64,000 nt of DNA from Candidatus Porifericomitales bacterium (GTDB lineage Bacteria; Pseudomonadota; Gammaproteobacteria; CBDEFV01). The translations under genes were made by a program, and so were the position numbers. Within the stretch, counting starts at the first letter, position 1, and every line of letters starts with the position of its first letter. Below, piece after piece: positions 1 to 9,583 of this stretch. The notes under the pieces are model-generated. The model worked only from the letters and a program-made list of their open reading frames with translations. It was not told where the DNA came from and made no database searches. The stretch lies in NCBI GenBank assembly GCA_965237735.1, contig CBDEFV010000002.1:33958-97957 (forward strand), written 5' to 3'.

Positions 1-356
1 ACTCCGCCGCTGGCGGTGAAGTCTCCGGCGGCGGCCGCGGCCGCTTCGCGGGGCGAGCGCATCGGTAGGGAGGTGGGGAAAAACAGCGACACCTTGAACC
101 CCGCCTCATGCAGCAGGCGACCGAGAACCAGGCCGTCGCCGCCGTTGTTGCCCGGGCCGCAGAGGATCTGAATGTGCCGGGCTGCGGGCCAGCGCAGACA
201 GAGAAACTCAAGGGCCGCGGCCCCGGCTTTTTTCAGCAGATGGTCGGCGCCGAGGTTCAGTCGTTTGCGGGCCAGGGCGTCGATGCGATTGGCCGCGGCC
301 GTGCCGTAGAGGCGGTGGGCTCGCTTGAGGGGCAGGCGGGCCGGACTCGGTTCCAT
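1..356 (-). CDS. nnr: NAD(P)H-hydrate epimerase domain (YjeF N-terminus), partial; runs off the window start
   Basis: Not in the ORF track. Manual translation from ATG at 356 gives MEPSPARL...HIQILCGPGNNGGDGLVLGRLL; GxGNNGGDG is the NnrE/YjeF_N signature. Confidence 0.88.
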   Translation of the reverse strand, partial: MEPSPARLPLKRAHRLYGTAAANRIDALARKRLNLGADHLLKKAGAAALEFLCLRWPAARHIQILCGPGNNGGDGLVLGRLLHEAGFKVSLFFPTSLPMRSPREAAAAAAGDFTASGG

Positions 357-409
357 GGAGCGGTCGAGAAAAAGTGATGCCGGGCCGCTGGCTGAAACGC
401 CTCCGGTTT

Positions 410-1486
410 TTAAAAGACGGGGGCCGGGGCGCCGCTTCCGCCGACCAGTCGGTCGAAGAGGTTGTCGACGAGGCCGCTGAGGGAACCCTGAAAGTAGCGG
501 TCGAATGGGTTCGCCTGATTGTAGAGGTGGGTCTCTTCGGCCTTGATGCGGTCGCGGGCGACGCTTTCCAGGTTGTCGAGACTGTCGATCATGCCAAGCT
601 TGAAGGCGCGCTCCCCGGTCCAGAAGAAGCCGTTGAAGAGCTCCTGGTCGCTGGCGTTGAAGCGGGCGCCGCGGGCCCTTTGCACATCGTCGATGAACTG
701 GCGGTGGATGTCGTCGAGAATCTCCTGCAGATGGCGGCGATGCGATTCCTGAAAAGGCAGGAAGGGATCGAAGATGACCTTGTCGTCTCCGGCCTGAAGG
801 ATGCGCCTTTCGATGCCGTGTTCCCTCATCAGTTCGACGAAGCCGAAGCTGTCGAGGCGCACCCCGATCGAGCCGATGATCGACGAGCGCACGGCATGAA
901 TCTCGTCGGCCGCCGAGGCGATGTAATAGGCGGCCGAGGCACAGGAATCCACGACCACGGCGTGCACCGGTTTTTTGTATTCGGCCTTGAGCCGCAGGAT
1001 TTCGTCGTAGACCAGGGCTGCGTGGGCCGGCAGGCCGCCGTTGCTGCTGATGCGCAGAATCACGCCCCTGGCCTCGTCGTTGGCGAAGGCCTCGCGCAGG
1101 TTGGCGTTGAGGGATTCGGCATCGCTCGCATCGATGCCGATGACGCCGTAGATGTTAATGATGGCGGTATGCTCCTGTTCGGGCGGCGACGACTTCAGCG
1201 CCAGCGAGGTTTCGAAATCCCTGCCGGCACGGGAACAGAGGACCAGAGCCCAGGCGAGCAGCAGCAGCAGGCTGATTCTCAGGGCGACGCGCCAGCGGCG
1301 CGCACTGCGCTGCTCGCCGATGGCGGCGAGGGCCGCATCGCGCAACGCCTCGACATAATCCGTGCCGGGCTCCGGGGCAGAGCTCTCCCTGTGCTGCGCG
1401 GCAGCTCCCCCCTCCTTCGTTTCAGGCGGCGGCGCTGTGCCGGAAGAGGGCGGAGAGTCGGGCTTTGGGGGAGTTTCGTCGTTCAT
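410..1486 (-). CDS. sppA: S49 family signal peptide peptidase (SppA-like)
   Basis: One N-terminal TM helix, ISSNGG, CASAAYYIAS (catalytic Ser region), IIGSIGV. Confidence 0.85.
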   Translation of the reverse strand: MNDETPPKPDSPPSSGTAPPPETKEGGAAAQHRESSAPEPGTDYVEALRDAALAAIGEQRSARRWRVALRISLLLLLAWALVLCSRAGRDFETSLALKSSPPEQEHTAIINIYGVIGIDASDAESLNANLREAFANDEARGVILRISSNGGLPAHAALVYDEILRLKAEYKKPVHAVVVDSCASAAYYIASAADEIHAVRSSIIGSIGVRLDSFGFVELMREHGIERRILQAGDDKVIFDPFLPFQESHRRHLQEILDDIHRQFIDDVQRARGARFNASDQELFNGFFWTGERAFKLGMIDSLDNLESVARDRIKAEETHLYNQANPFDRYFQGSLSGLVDNLFDRLVGGSGAPAPVF

Positions 1487-1629
1487 GGCTTCGTTCCTGA
1501 TGAGGGGTCAACAGAGCGGGTCAGGCTCCTACATATTACACCGCCGGGGTGAATCCTGCTCTCTTCCCTCCGGCCAGGGTCGTCCCGGGGTCGGGGGCGC
1601 GCCCGGTTTTACCGGCCGGGTCAGGGGCT

Positions 1630-2655
1630 TCAACTGCGGGGTAAACGGAGAAAGGGTGAGATCTCGGGCGCGTCCAGCAGCCCCTCGGCAAGGCTGCCGA
1701 GCACCTGAGCGAGGGGATCGGGCAGGGGCGCGCGGGCCCGCAGCCGGCGCTCGGGCCAATCGAGGCTGTGGGCGTGGAGGAACTGGCGTTTGAGCCCCTG
1801 GATGCGGAAACTTCGGTCGCCGTAGCGGTCGTCGCCGGCCAGGGGGTGTCCGGCGGCTGTGGCGTGGACGCGGATCTGGTGCATGCGGCCGGTTCTCAGT
1901 TCGATTTCGACCAGCGCCGCCCGGCCGTTGTCCCACAGCGGGCGAAACAGGGTGCGCGACTCCTTGCCCCCGTCGTCGATGGCGACGCGGCGAAAGCCCG
2001 AGCGCGGCCCCTTCCTCGCCAGGGGCGCCTCGACCTCGACGGCGGAATTGCTCCAGCCGCCGCGGGTCAGCGCCAGGTAGCGCCGGCGCACGCGACCCTG
2101 CCTCAGGGCCTCGTGAAAAGCCAGCAGGGTTGGGCGGTTGCGCGCCAGCAACAGGCAGCCGCTGGTGTCGCGGTCGAGGCGATGGCCGAGCAGGAGCTCG
2201 CCGAATTCGTCCCTGAGGACGAGGAGCGCCTGGCCGAGGTCGGTCCTCAGGCCGCTGCCGCCGTGAACGGCGAGGCCGGCGGGTTTGTCGATGACAATGA
2301 TGTCGGCGTCGCGGTGGACCATGGCGTCGCCGATGCGCCTGGCCAGTTGGGGATTGGCTACGCCTGTGGCCAGGGGGGCTGTTGCGACCGGCGGCAGGCG
2401 GATGTCGTCCTGGTGCTGAAGGCGGTGGGAGGCTGGGACACGGCGGCTGTTGACACGGACCTGACCGCTGCGCAGAAGCTTGTATACATGACTTTTGGGC
2501 ACGCCCTTGAGGTGACAGGCGAGGAAGTTATCGATGCGCTGGCCGGCGCGGTCCGCCGGCACCCTGAGGTGGCGGGCGCGATCTTTTTTGCTGCGTTTAT
2601 CGTCTTCGCCGCCGTCTCCACCGTCGCTCGGCGTCTGGGGGGCTCCGTCGATCAA
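1630..2655 (-). CDS. rluC: 23S rRNA pseudouridine synthase (RluC-like, S4 domain)
   Basis: S4 domain GQRIDNFL...LRSGQVRVN; HRLDRDTSG catalytic motif; TGRMHQIRVH. Confidence 0.88.
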   Translation of the reverse strand: MIDGAPQTPSDGGDGGEDDKRSKKDRARHLRVPADRAGQRIDNFLACHLKGVPKSHVYKLLRSGQVRVNSRRVPASHRLQHQDDIRLPPVATAPLATGVANPQLARRIGDAMVHRDADIIVIDKPAGLAVHGGSGLRTDLGQALLVLRDEFGELLLGHRLDRDTSGCLLLARNRPTLLAFHEALRQGRVRRRYLALTRGGWSNSAVEVEAPLARKGPRSGFRRVAIDDGGKESRTLFRPLWDNGRAALVEIELRTGRMHQIRVHATAAGHPLAGDDRYGDRSFRIQGLKRQFLHAHSLDWPERRLRARAPLPDPLAQVLGSLAEGLLDAPEISPFLRLPRS

Positions 2656-4013
2656 TGCCAGATCACCAGGGATGTGGCGAGGCCGAGCAGCGTCACGAAG
2701 CCGACGACATCGGTGACGGTTGTCAGCAGGACGCCGCCGGAGACGGCCGGATCGAGATGGATGCGCCTGAGCCCCATGGGGATCAGGACGCCGGCCAGCG
2801 CACCTGCGATCAGGTTGATGGCGGTGGCGGCGGCGATGACAAGGGAGACGCCCGAGTGGCCAAACCAGAGCCAGGAGATCAGGGCCAGCGAGGAGGCCCA
2901 GATCAGACCGTTGATGAGGCCGAGCGAGATCTCTTTGATGAGAAGCTGTATGGAGTTGTCGCGGGAGAGGTAATTCAGGGCCTGGGCGCGGATGACCAGA
3001 GTCATGGTCTGGATGCCGGCGATGCCGCCCATGCTGGCGACGGCCGGCATGATCACGGCGAGGGCGACGACACGCTCGATGGTGTGCTGGAAAAAGCCGA
3101 TGAACCAGGCTGTGACGAGGGCGGTCGCGAGGTTGATGCCGAGCCAGGTCGAGCGGTTGCGAAAGGCCTTGGCCGAGGCGCGGAAGAGGTCTTCGTTGCT
3201 GCGCACGCCGGCTCGCTGCAACAGCGATTCTTCGGTGCTGCTGCGGACAAAATCGACGACGTCATCGACGGTGACCCGGCCCAGCAGTTTGCCGTCGTCG
3301 TCGGTTACCGGCGCCGACAGCAGATCGCGGTCCTCAAACAGGCGCGCCACCTCCTCGGCGGGGGTGTCGGCCCTGAACGAGATGTAGTCGCGATCCATGG
3401 CGTCGCTGACGAGAGTACTCTCTCTGGTCGTCAGCAGTTTGGGCAGGTGGAGCACGCCCAGGAGGCGGTTGTCCCTGCCGACGATCATGAGTTTGTCGGT
3501 GCCGGGCGGCATGTCGCCGCGCATGCGCAGATAGCGCTGCACCACCTCGAGCGAGCAGTCGCTGCGGACACTGAGGGTGTCGATGTCCATGAGGCCGCCG
3601 GCGCTGTCCTCCGGGTATCCCATGTACTGCTCGAGGCGGGCGCGGTTGTCCTGGTCCATGCCCTCGAGCAGTTGCTCGGCGAGGGTGTCGGGCAGGGCCT
3701 GCAGGAAGTCGACGAGATCGTCGATATCAACGGAGTCAAGGGCGTGGAGCAGCTCTTCGGTATCCATGTCCTCGATCAGTGTCTCGCGCACCTCTTCGCC
3801 CAGCTCCACCAGAGTGTCGCCGCGGGCGGCGGGGGCGACGAGATGCCACAGCAGCAGGCGCCGGTCGCTCGGCAGGGAGGTCAGCAGGCGGCCGATTTCG
3901 CTCGGGTGCAGGGCGTTGACGAGGCGCCGGGCGCGCATGTCGCCGCTGGCGGTCGCCTCCAGCAGTTGCTGCAGATCGTGGGCGGGGATTTTATCGGGTT
4001 CGGTTCTTGCCAC
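2652..4013 (-). CDS. mgtE: Magnesium transporter MgtE
   Basis: MgtE_N region, CBS pair (EDSAGGLM, GRVTVDD) and TM domain (GGIAGIQT, DPAVSGG, TTVTDVVG). Confidence 0.93.
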   Translation of the reverse strand: MARTEPDKIPAHDLQQLLEATASGDMRARRLVNALHPSEIGRLLTSLPSDRRLLLWHLVAPAARGDTLVELGEEVRETLIEDMDTEELLHALDSVDIDDLVDFLQALPDTLAEQLLEGMDQDNRARLEQYMGYPEDSAGGLMDIDTLSVRSDCSLEVVQRYLRMRGDMPPGTDKLMIVGRDNRLLGVLHLPKLLTTRESTLVSDAMDRDYISFRADTPAEEVARLFEDRDLLSAPVTDDDGKLLGRVTVDDVVDFVRSSTEESLLQRAGVRSNEDLFRASAKAFRNRSTWLGINLATALVTAWFIGFFQHTIERVVALAVIMPAVASMGGIAGIQTMTLVIRAQALNYLSRDNSIQLLIKEISLGLINGLIWASSLALISWLWFGHSGVSLVIAAATAINLIAGALAGVLIPMGLRRIHLDPAVSGGVLLTTVTDVVGFVTLLGLATSLVIWH

Positions 4014-4017
4014 GGTT

Positions 4018-4422
4018 TCAGTCTTTTCGGGGCCGGTTTTTTTTGACGCCGCTGTCCTTCCCCTCTCTCCCGCCTGCGGAATCCCGGGCGGCCGCTTTTT
4101 TCTGGCTGCTGGCCTGTTGCCGGCGGCGATCGCGCGGGTCGGCGATCAGGGGGCGGTAGATCTCGAGGCGATCGCCGGCCTGAGGCTGGTAGTCAGCGGC
4201 GTTGACCAGCTTGCCGAAGACGCCGACGGGGCTGTTTGCGAGATCGAACCCGGCGAAAGATTCCTCGATGCCGCTGGCGCGGATGCAGTCCAGGGCCGAG
4301 ATGCCGGCCGCGACCCTGAGCTTCAACAGTTCCTGGCGGTCGGGCAGGGCGTAGCAGACCTCGATTTCAATCAGCTCGGGGCTGGATTTTTCGGTTCTTT
4401 TTTGAGAATTGTGCGGGCTCAT
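4018..4422 (-). CDS. ratB: RnfH/RatB ubiquitin-like protein
   Basis: IEVCYALP...VGVFGK...GDRLEIYRPLIADP; lies directly downstream of ratA. Confidence 0.88.
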   Translation of the reverse strand: MSPHNSQKRTEKSSPELIEIEVCYALPDRQELLKLRVAAGISALDCIRASGIEESFAGFDLANSPVGVFGKLVNAADYQPQAGDRLEIYRPLIADPRDRRRQQASSQKKAAARDSAGGREGKDSGVKKNRPRKD

Positions 4423-4434
4423 GAAAGCGGCTCT

Positions 4435-5007
4435 TCAGGAGGAACTGCTGGAGTACGGCAGACAGGAGTTGTGCCTGAACTCGTCGGCACGCCGGCGGAA
4501 GGCCCCGATGAGAGATTCGCAGGCGAGGCGGAAGAGGGGGCCGAAGGCGAGGTCGAGGAAGCGGTTGGAGAACTCGAAATCGACGCTGAGGTCGATGCGG
4601 CAACCGCGCTCTTCCGGGGTGAAGCGCCACAGGCCGTGGAGCTGGCGGAAGGGGCCCTCGATCAGGGTCATCTCGATCTCCGTTTCGGGAACCAGGCGGT
4701 TGCGGGTGGTGAAGGACTGGCTCATGGGGCCCATGCTCATCTCCAGGGTGGCGACAATTTCCTGACTTTTCCGGGCCTGACTTTTCCGGGCCTGACTTTT
4801 CCGGGCCTGACTTTTCCGGGCCTGACTTTCCGGGGCCTGACTTTCCGGGGCCTGACCTCCAGGGACGCGGTCCTGCTGGCGGTGGACAAAGGAGCGGCTG
4901 CACCAGGGGAGGAAAGAGGAGTACCGGTCGATGTCGCATACCAGTTGGTAGAGCTGGGCCGGGGGGTGGTCGACATGCTCGCTGCGGCGGTAATGCCTTG
5001 CCGTCAT
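4435..5007 (-). CDS. ratA: RatA/PasT (Coq10-like START domain) with an in-frame repeat insertion
   Basis: True start is MTARHY (ATG 5007) inside the long track ORF 4435..5868; LVCDIDRYSSFLPWC, FTTRN, EGPFRQLHGLWRF, LSVDFEF. Confidence 0.88.
   Translation of the reverse strand: MTARHYRRSEHVDHPPAQLYQLVCDIDRYSSFLPWCSRSFVHRQQDRVPGGQAPESQAPESQARKSQARKSQARKSQARKSQEIVATLEMSMGPMSQSFTTRNRLVPETEIEMTLIEGPFRQLHGLWRFTPEERGCRIDLSVDFEFSNRFLDLAFGPLFRLACESLIGAFRRRADEFRHNSCLPYSSSSS
4761..4856. repeat. 15-bp tandem repeat (CCTGACTTTTCCGGG x4, CCTGACTTTCCGGGG x2, plus a partial unit) inside ratA
   Basis: Read directly; on the minus strand it encodes APESQ x2 and ARKSQ x4. Confidence 0.97.
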
Positions 5008-5927
5008 GGGAGGGCTCTCTCGAGTTTGGCCGGGGCTCCGCCCCGCCGGCTGCGTGCGCGGCCGTATTGGTCGGCCATGAAGACCGCCAGGCCGATCCAG
5101 ATGGCGACGAAACCCAGGGCCTCGACCAGCTGCAGCTCCTCGCCGAAGGCGAGGCCGCAGACAAATTGCAGGAAGGGGTTGATGTAGGAGACGAGGCCGA
5201 TAACGAAGAGAGGCAACAGTTCGATGCTGAGGGCGTAGAGCATGATGGGCGCCACCGTAGCCGCGCCGGCGAACAGCAGCAGGATGTCGGTCCTCAGGTC
5301 GAGGCGCAGCAGAAGCCCGCCCTGGCTGAACTCCAGCCACAACAGCAGGGCGAGGGCGATGGGGGCGGTCAGCAGCATTTCGATAAAGATGCCGGAGGTG
5401 GCGTCGGTGGGAATCAACTTGCGCAGGGCCCCGTAAATGCCGAAGGAGAGGGCCAGGGTCAGGCTGATCCATGGCAGGGCCTGGGCTTGGGACATGTGGA
5501 GGGCCACGCCGACGCCGGCCAGCAGGAAACTCAGCGACTGCCATCGATTGAGGCGTTCGTTGAAAAAAGTGATGCCGAGGGCGAGGGCGACCAGAGGCAT
5601 CAGAAAGTAGCCGAGACTCGCTTCGAGGATGTGGTTGTTGAGTACCGCCCAGATGAAGACGAACCAGTTGATCAGCAGCAGCAGCCCGGTGATCAGCAGG
5701 AAGGCCAGGCTGTGGAGATTGGTCAGGTGCGGCCGCAGGATGTGCCAGCGCCGCCCCCAGAGGATCAATGCCAGCATGAGCACCACTCCGCCGAGGATTC
5801 GATGGGAGACGAGTTCGACAAAATGGACGTGCTGGAGTTCGTGCCAGTAAATCGGCAACAGGCCCCAAAAGGTGAAGGTGGCGATGGCGAGTGTCAGCCC
5901 TTTGCTTGACAGGGGGGCGGAGGTCAT
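5004..5927 (-). CDS. rarD: EamA/RarD family transporter
   Basis: Start MTSAPLSS (ATG 5927); FWGLLPIYW, HRI, EASLGYFLMPL, SYINP; about 10 TM segments. Confidence 0.9.
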   Translation of the reverse strand: MTSAPLSSKGLTLAIATFTFWGLLPIYWHELQHVHFVELVSHRILGGVVLMLALILWGRRWHILRPHLTNLHSLAFLLITGLLLLINWFVFIWAVLNNHILEASLGYFLMPLVALALGITFFNERLNRWQSLSFLLAGVGVALHMSQAQALPWISLTLALSFGIYGALRKLIPTDATSGIFIEMLLTAPIALALLLWLEFSQGGLLLRLDLRTDILLLFAGAATVAPIMLYALSIELLPLFVIGLVSYINPFLQFVCGLAFGEELQLVEALGFVAIWIGLAVFMADQYGRARSRRGGAPAKLERALP

Positions 5928-5956
5928 GGGGTGCGGCCGCGGTCGGTTCCGCCTCC

Positions 5957-7717
5957 TCAGGAAATTAAGCGCAGGCCGAGCTCGCCCATCTGTGCAGTGC
6001 CGACGGTGGCTGGCGCCCGGGTCAGGGGACAGGTGGCCGACTGCGTTTTGGGGAAGGCGGTGACATCGCGGATCGAAGCGGTGCCGGCCATCATCATGGC
6101 CAGGCGGTCGAGGCCGAGGGCGATGCCGCCGTGCGGCGGACAGCCGTGGCGCAGGGCTTCGAGCAGAAAGCCGAACTGCTCTTCGGCTGCGGCGGCATCG
6201 ATGCCGAGGGCCGCGAGGGCGGCGAGCTGGGTCTCGACCCTGTGGTTGCGAATCGAACCGCCGCCGAGTTCGATGCCGTTGAGCACCAGATCGTAGGCAC
6301 GGGCGTAGCACTGGTCAGGGGCGCTGGTCACCCTGGGCTCATCCGCGGCCGTGGCCGCGGTGAAGGGGTGGTGCAGCGGCTGCAGAGAGCCGTCGGCTCC
6401 CCGTTCAAACATCGGGAAGTCCACCACCCAGAGTATTTTCCAGCTGTCTTCGATCAGGCCGAGGTCGCTGCCGAGGCGGTCGCGCAGGGCCGACATGGGC
6501 GGCTCGACAGCCTCGGGCGGGCCGGCGCCGAAGAACAGCAGGCTGCCGGGGGTGGCGTCGGCGGTTTTGAGAAGCCCGTCAATGCAGTCGTCGCTGAGGA
6601 ACTTGACGATTGGCGACTGCAGGCCGTCGCGCCCCTGTTGCGGGTCGTTGCAGCGGATCCAGGCCAGTCCCTTGGCGCCGCGGGCCATGGCAAAGCGGGT
6701 GAGGTCGTCGATCTGACCGCGGCTGAGCTGTTCGCCCTCGGCGACCTTCAGCATGGCGACGCGCCCCCGGGGATCGGACGCCGCCTTTGAAAACACCTGA
6801 AAGTCGCTGTCGGCGACCAGATCCTTTACTTCGACGAGCTCCAGGGGGTTGCGCAGATCGGGGCGGTCGCTGACGAAACGTCGCTTCGCCTGGTCCCAGG
6901 AGAGGCGGGGGAAGGGGTCGGGCAATCCGACTTCGAGCAACTCGGCAAAAAGCCTGCGCACCAAGCCCTCGGTCAGTTGCATGACATCTTCCTCCTCGAC
7001 GAAGCTCAGCTCGATGTCCACCTGGGTGAACTCGGGCTGGCGGTCGGCCCGCAAATCCTCATCGCGGAAACAGCGGGCGAGCTGGTAGTAGCGATCGAAG
7101 CCGCTGGCCATCAGCAACTGCTTGAACAGCTGGGGGGACTGGGGCAGGGCGAAGAAATGGCCCGGCTGAGTGCGGCTCGGCACCAGATAGTCGCGGGCTC
7201 CCTCGGGGGTGGCACGGGTCAGGGTCGGGGTTTCGATGTCGATCAGGTCCTCGCCCTCGAGATGGGTGCGGATGGCCGACGTCAGGCGCGAGCGGAAGCG
7301 CAGGCGCTGCTGCATGAAGGGGCTCCGCAGATCCAGGGGGCGCCACTGCATGCGGATGTCCTCGGAGACGTCTTCGTCGCCCGGCGAGAAGGGCACGGGC
7401 AGAGAGCGGTTGAGGATGCTGAGCTCCTCGCCGTCGACTTCGATCTCGCCGGTCGGCAGATCGGGGTTTTCGGTCTCGGGCGGCCGCCGTCGGACCTCGC
7501 CGGCGGCACGGATGACAAATTCGCTGCGCAGGCCCTCGGCCTCGGCGAAGTGAGGGGAGCGCCGGGGGTCAAACACCAGTTGCACCACGCCGGTGTGATC
7601 GCGCAGATCGACAAAGAGCACGCCGCCGTGGTCGCGGTGGCTGTGGACCCAGCCGCAGACAGCGACTTTTTGGCCGATGAGCGAGGGAGCAAGATCGTTG
7701 CAGTAGTGGGAACGCAT
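5957..7717 (-). CDS. aspS: Aspartate--tRNA ligase (bacterial type)
   Basis: MRSHYC, EGARDYLVPSR, ALPQSPQLFKQLLM, FRDEDLRADRQPEFTQ, PPHGGIALGLDR. Confidence 0.97.
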   Translation of the reverse strand: MRSHYCNDLAPSLIGQKVAVCGWVHSHRDHGGVLFVDLRDHTGVVQLVFDPRRSPHFAEAEGLRSEFVIRAAGEVRRRPPETENPDLPTGEIEVDGEELSILNRSLPVPFSPGDEDVSEDIRMQWRPLDLRSPFMQQRLRFRSRLTSAIRTHLEGEDLIDIETPTLTRATPEGARDYLVPSRTQPGHFFALPQSPQLFKQLLMASGFDRYYQLARCFRDEDLRADRQPEFTQVDIELSFVEEEDVMQLTEGLVRRLFAELLEVGLPDPFPRLSWDQAKRRFVSDRPDLRNPLELVEVKDLVADSDFQVFSKAASDPRGRVAMLKVAEGEQLSRGQIDDLTRFAMARGAKGLAWIRCNDPQQGRDGLQSPIVKFLSDDCIDGLLKTADATPGSLLFFGAGPPEAVEPPMSALRDRLGSDLGLIEDSWKILWVVDFPMFERGADGSLQPLHHPFTAATAADEPRVTSAPDQCYARAYDLVLNGIELGGGSIRNHRVETQLAALAALGIDAAAAEEQFGFLLEALRHGCPPHGGIALGLDRLAMMMAGTASIRDVTAFPKTQSATCPLTRAPATVGTAQMGELGLRLIS

Positions 7718-7981
7718 GGGCCAAAGGCGAAGGGTTGCAGGCAGGTCCGGGAGCGGGGGCGGCGGCTCGCTTGCATGATAATGGACAACGGCCCTGGCGG
7801 AGGTGTTTGTCGCCGGAGCATCTGATCCTATATATGCTATACTACGGAGAAGCCTGTTGCGCGGGCACCTGCTCTACCATCTTCTTGCTCTACCCCTGTT
7901 GTGTTCATGGAACTACTGGCCAAAGACGGGCAAACTAACTTACCCGTGTTATATGTTGTGACAAACTCTTCAACTCCACAA

Positions 7982-8063
7982 AGAGGTGGTCAGAACCCGA
8001 CCATCAGTACCCTTACAAATAGCCAACGCGCTTGAGGTTGGAGTTGATGATTTGAGTAAGTAA
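7982..8063 (+). pseudogene. Relic of the C-terminal half of an XRE-family HTH (controller-like) gene
   Basis: RGGQNPTISTL (7982-8014), a 1-nt frame change, then IANALEVGVDDLSK* ending 2 nt before the mod ATG; resembles XRE helices 4-5. Confidence 0.55.
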
Positions 8064-8065
8064 TT

Positions 8066-8866
8066 ATGAACAATCTCACCCTCACCGAAGAGCAGACCGA
8101 ATTTTTAATAAAGACGCTTCAAGACGGAAAAGAAATTCCGCTTGATTTTAAGCACTTGCTTTTCCCAACCACTAACAAAGAATATGAGTTGGCGTATGCG
8201 GGGAAAATGCGTAAAGAGGATTTGCTTGCAAACGAGGATGGGGTTTTTCCTGTTCCGATTCAAGTTGAAAAAGTGTTCAATGGCAATGAGTATAAAGCGT
8301 TTGAGGATGGTTGGAAAAACATGCTCGTGTTTGGTGACAACCTGCAATTTCTTAAAACTCTCTATAAAAATGAAGACCCACTTATCAAGGATAAGGTGAA
8401 AGGAAAAGTAAGACTGATTTATATCGATCCGCCTTTTGGTACTGGTGACGAATATGACGGAAACAGAGGACAAAGTGCCTACAGTGCAAAAAGAAAAGGT
8501 GCAGAGTTTATAGAATTCCTAAGAAGAAGATTGATTTTACTGAGAGAGTTGCTTGCTGATGATGGAAGTATTTATGTGAGAATAGATTATCGTTTCGGAC
8601 ATTATGTCAAAGTATTGATGGATGAAATTTTCGGTAAACAAAATTTCAAAAACCAGATTGTGATTAATAAATCAGTAAGACCGATGGAGGGTGTAAGACA
8701 ATTTCATTCTGGGCATGATTTTTTATTGTTCTATAGCAAGACAAACAATTATTGCTTCAATAACTATGAAATTCAAAAAGAAAGAGTACAATATCGTGCA
8801 ATGCACTTACCTGGTGTTCGATGGTCACCCATAGGTTATGAAGAAAAACAAAATTGCTGGATTTGA
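8066..8866 (+). pseudogene. mod: Type III R-M adenine methyltransferase (Mod), N-terminal fragment
   Basis: FGDNL, IYIDPPF (motif IV), HYVKVLMDEIFG; no motif I (FxGxGT) in this ORF or the next. Confidence 0.8.
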
Positions 8867-9578
8867 ATTTGACGGCAAAAAAGGTGACTTTCCAGTAAAG
8901 ATATTTGATTATCGAACTTTTAAGAATTCAAAAATTGATGAAGACTACCTCGAAGAAATACACGCCGTTGTCGGAAAGAGGGTGAGTGGCCGTGTATATA
9001 TCATCGCCCCTATAAATTATGTTGATTTCCTTCCTGACTATCACGAAATTGATAGGGTGAAATATTATTTCCTCAAGATCCCGTATCACGTTATCAAAGG
9101 TCTGCACAAAGAGTCATTCCATAAATTACGCCAACCGCAGAGCAAGAAAAATGTGAACGACCTAGAAGAAGCGATCGGTTTTCACTTCATTCACCATCCC
9201 GAAGTAAAGTCTGAATTAAAGAAAGGCAAGGACGGGGTAAAGATTGTGATCGAGAGCTTTGTGAGTCGCGAGCCTGAATCAGGCAGGGCACAAGACGAGA
9301 GGGGTATGAAGAATTTTGAAACTCTTTCGGCTGTCTTTGTGGACAAGAGCTACAATGGCAGGGCGTTCGAGATGGATGAAGCGTTTTTTGCCGATGAGCT
9401 TTTGCCAAAGAAATCAAAAAAGAACGACAGCGATGGTGAAGATATAAAAGTGGAGCTGAAAAAACTGGAAAAGAAGGGTTTGGAAATTACACTCAAAAGA
9501 TCAGGACTTGAAAAGCAAGTGATGGTAATTTATATAGATATATACGGAAATGATTTTTCGGAAGTATTCACGATATAG
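8838..9578 (+). pseudogene. Probable C-terminal fragment of the Mod subunit (may be translated separately)
   Basis: Overlaps the mod fragment by 29 nt in another frame, sits between mod and res, has the same low GC and no catalytic motifs. Confidence 0.6.
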
Positions 9579-9583
9579 AGAAT

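Noticed and set aside
4761-4856. Repeat array as a CRISPR locus
   Set aside because: The units are 15 bp, directly adjacent with no spacers, lie in frame within ratA, and no cas genes are present.
4018-5007. ratA/ratB as a toxin-antitoxin system
   Set aside because: RatA/PasT is a Coq10-like respiratory factor in a conserved housekeeping context; nothing here indicates TA behaviour.
8066-9578. Phase-variable mod (phasevarion)
   Set aside because: I saw no simple-sequence repeat tract, and the break removes a whole motif, which slippage would not do.
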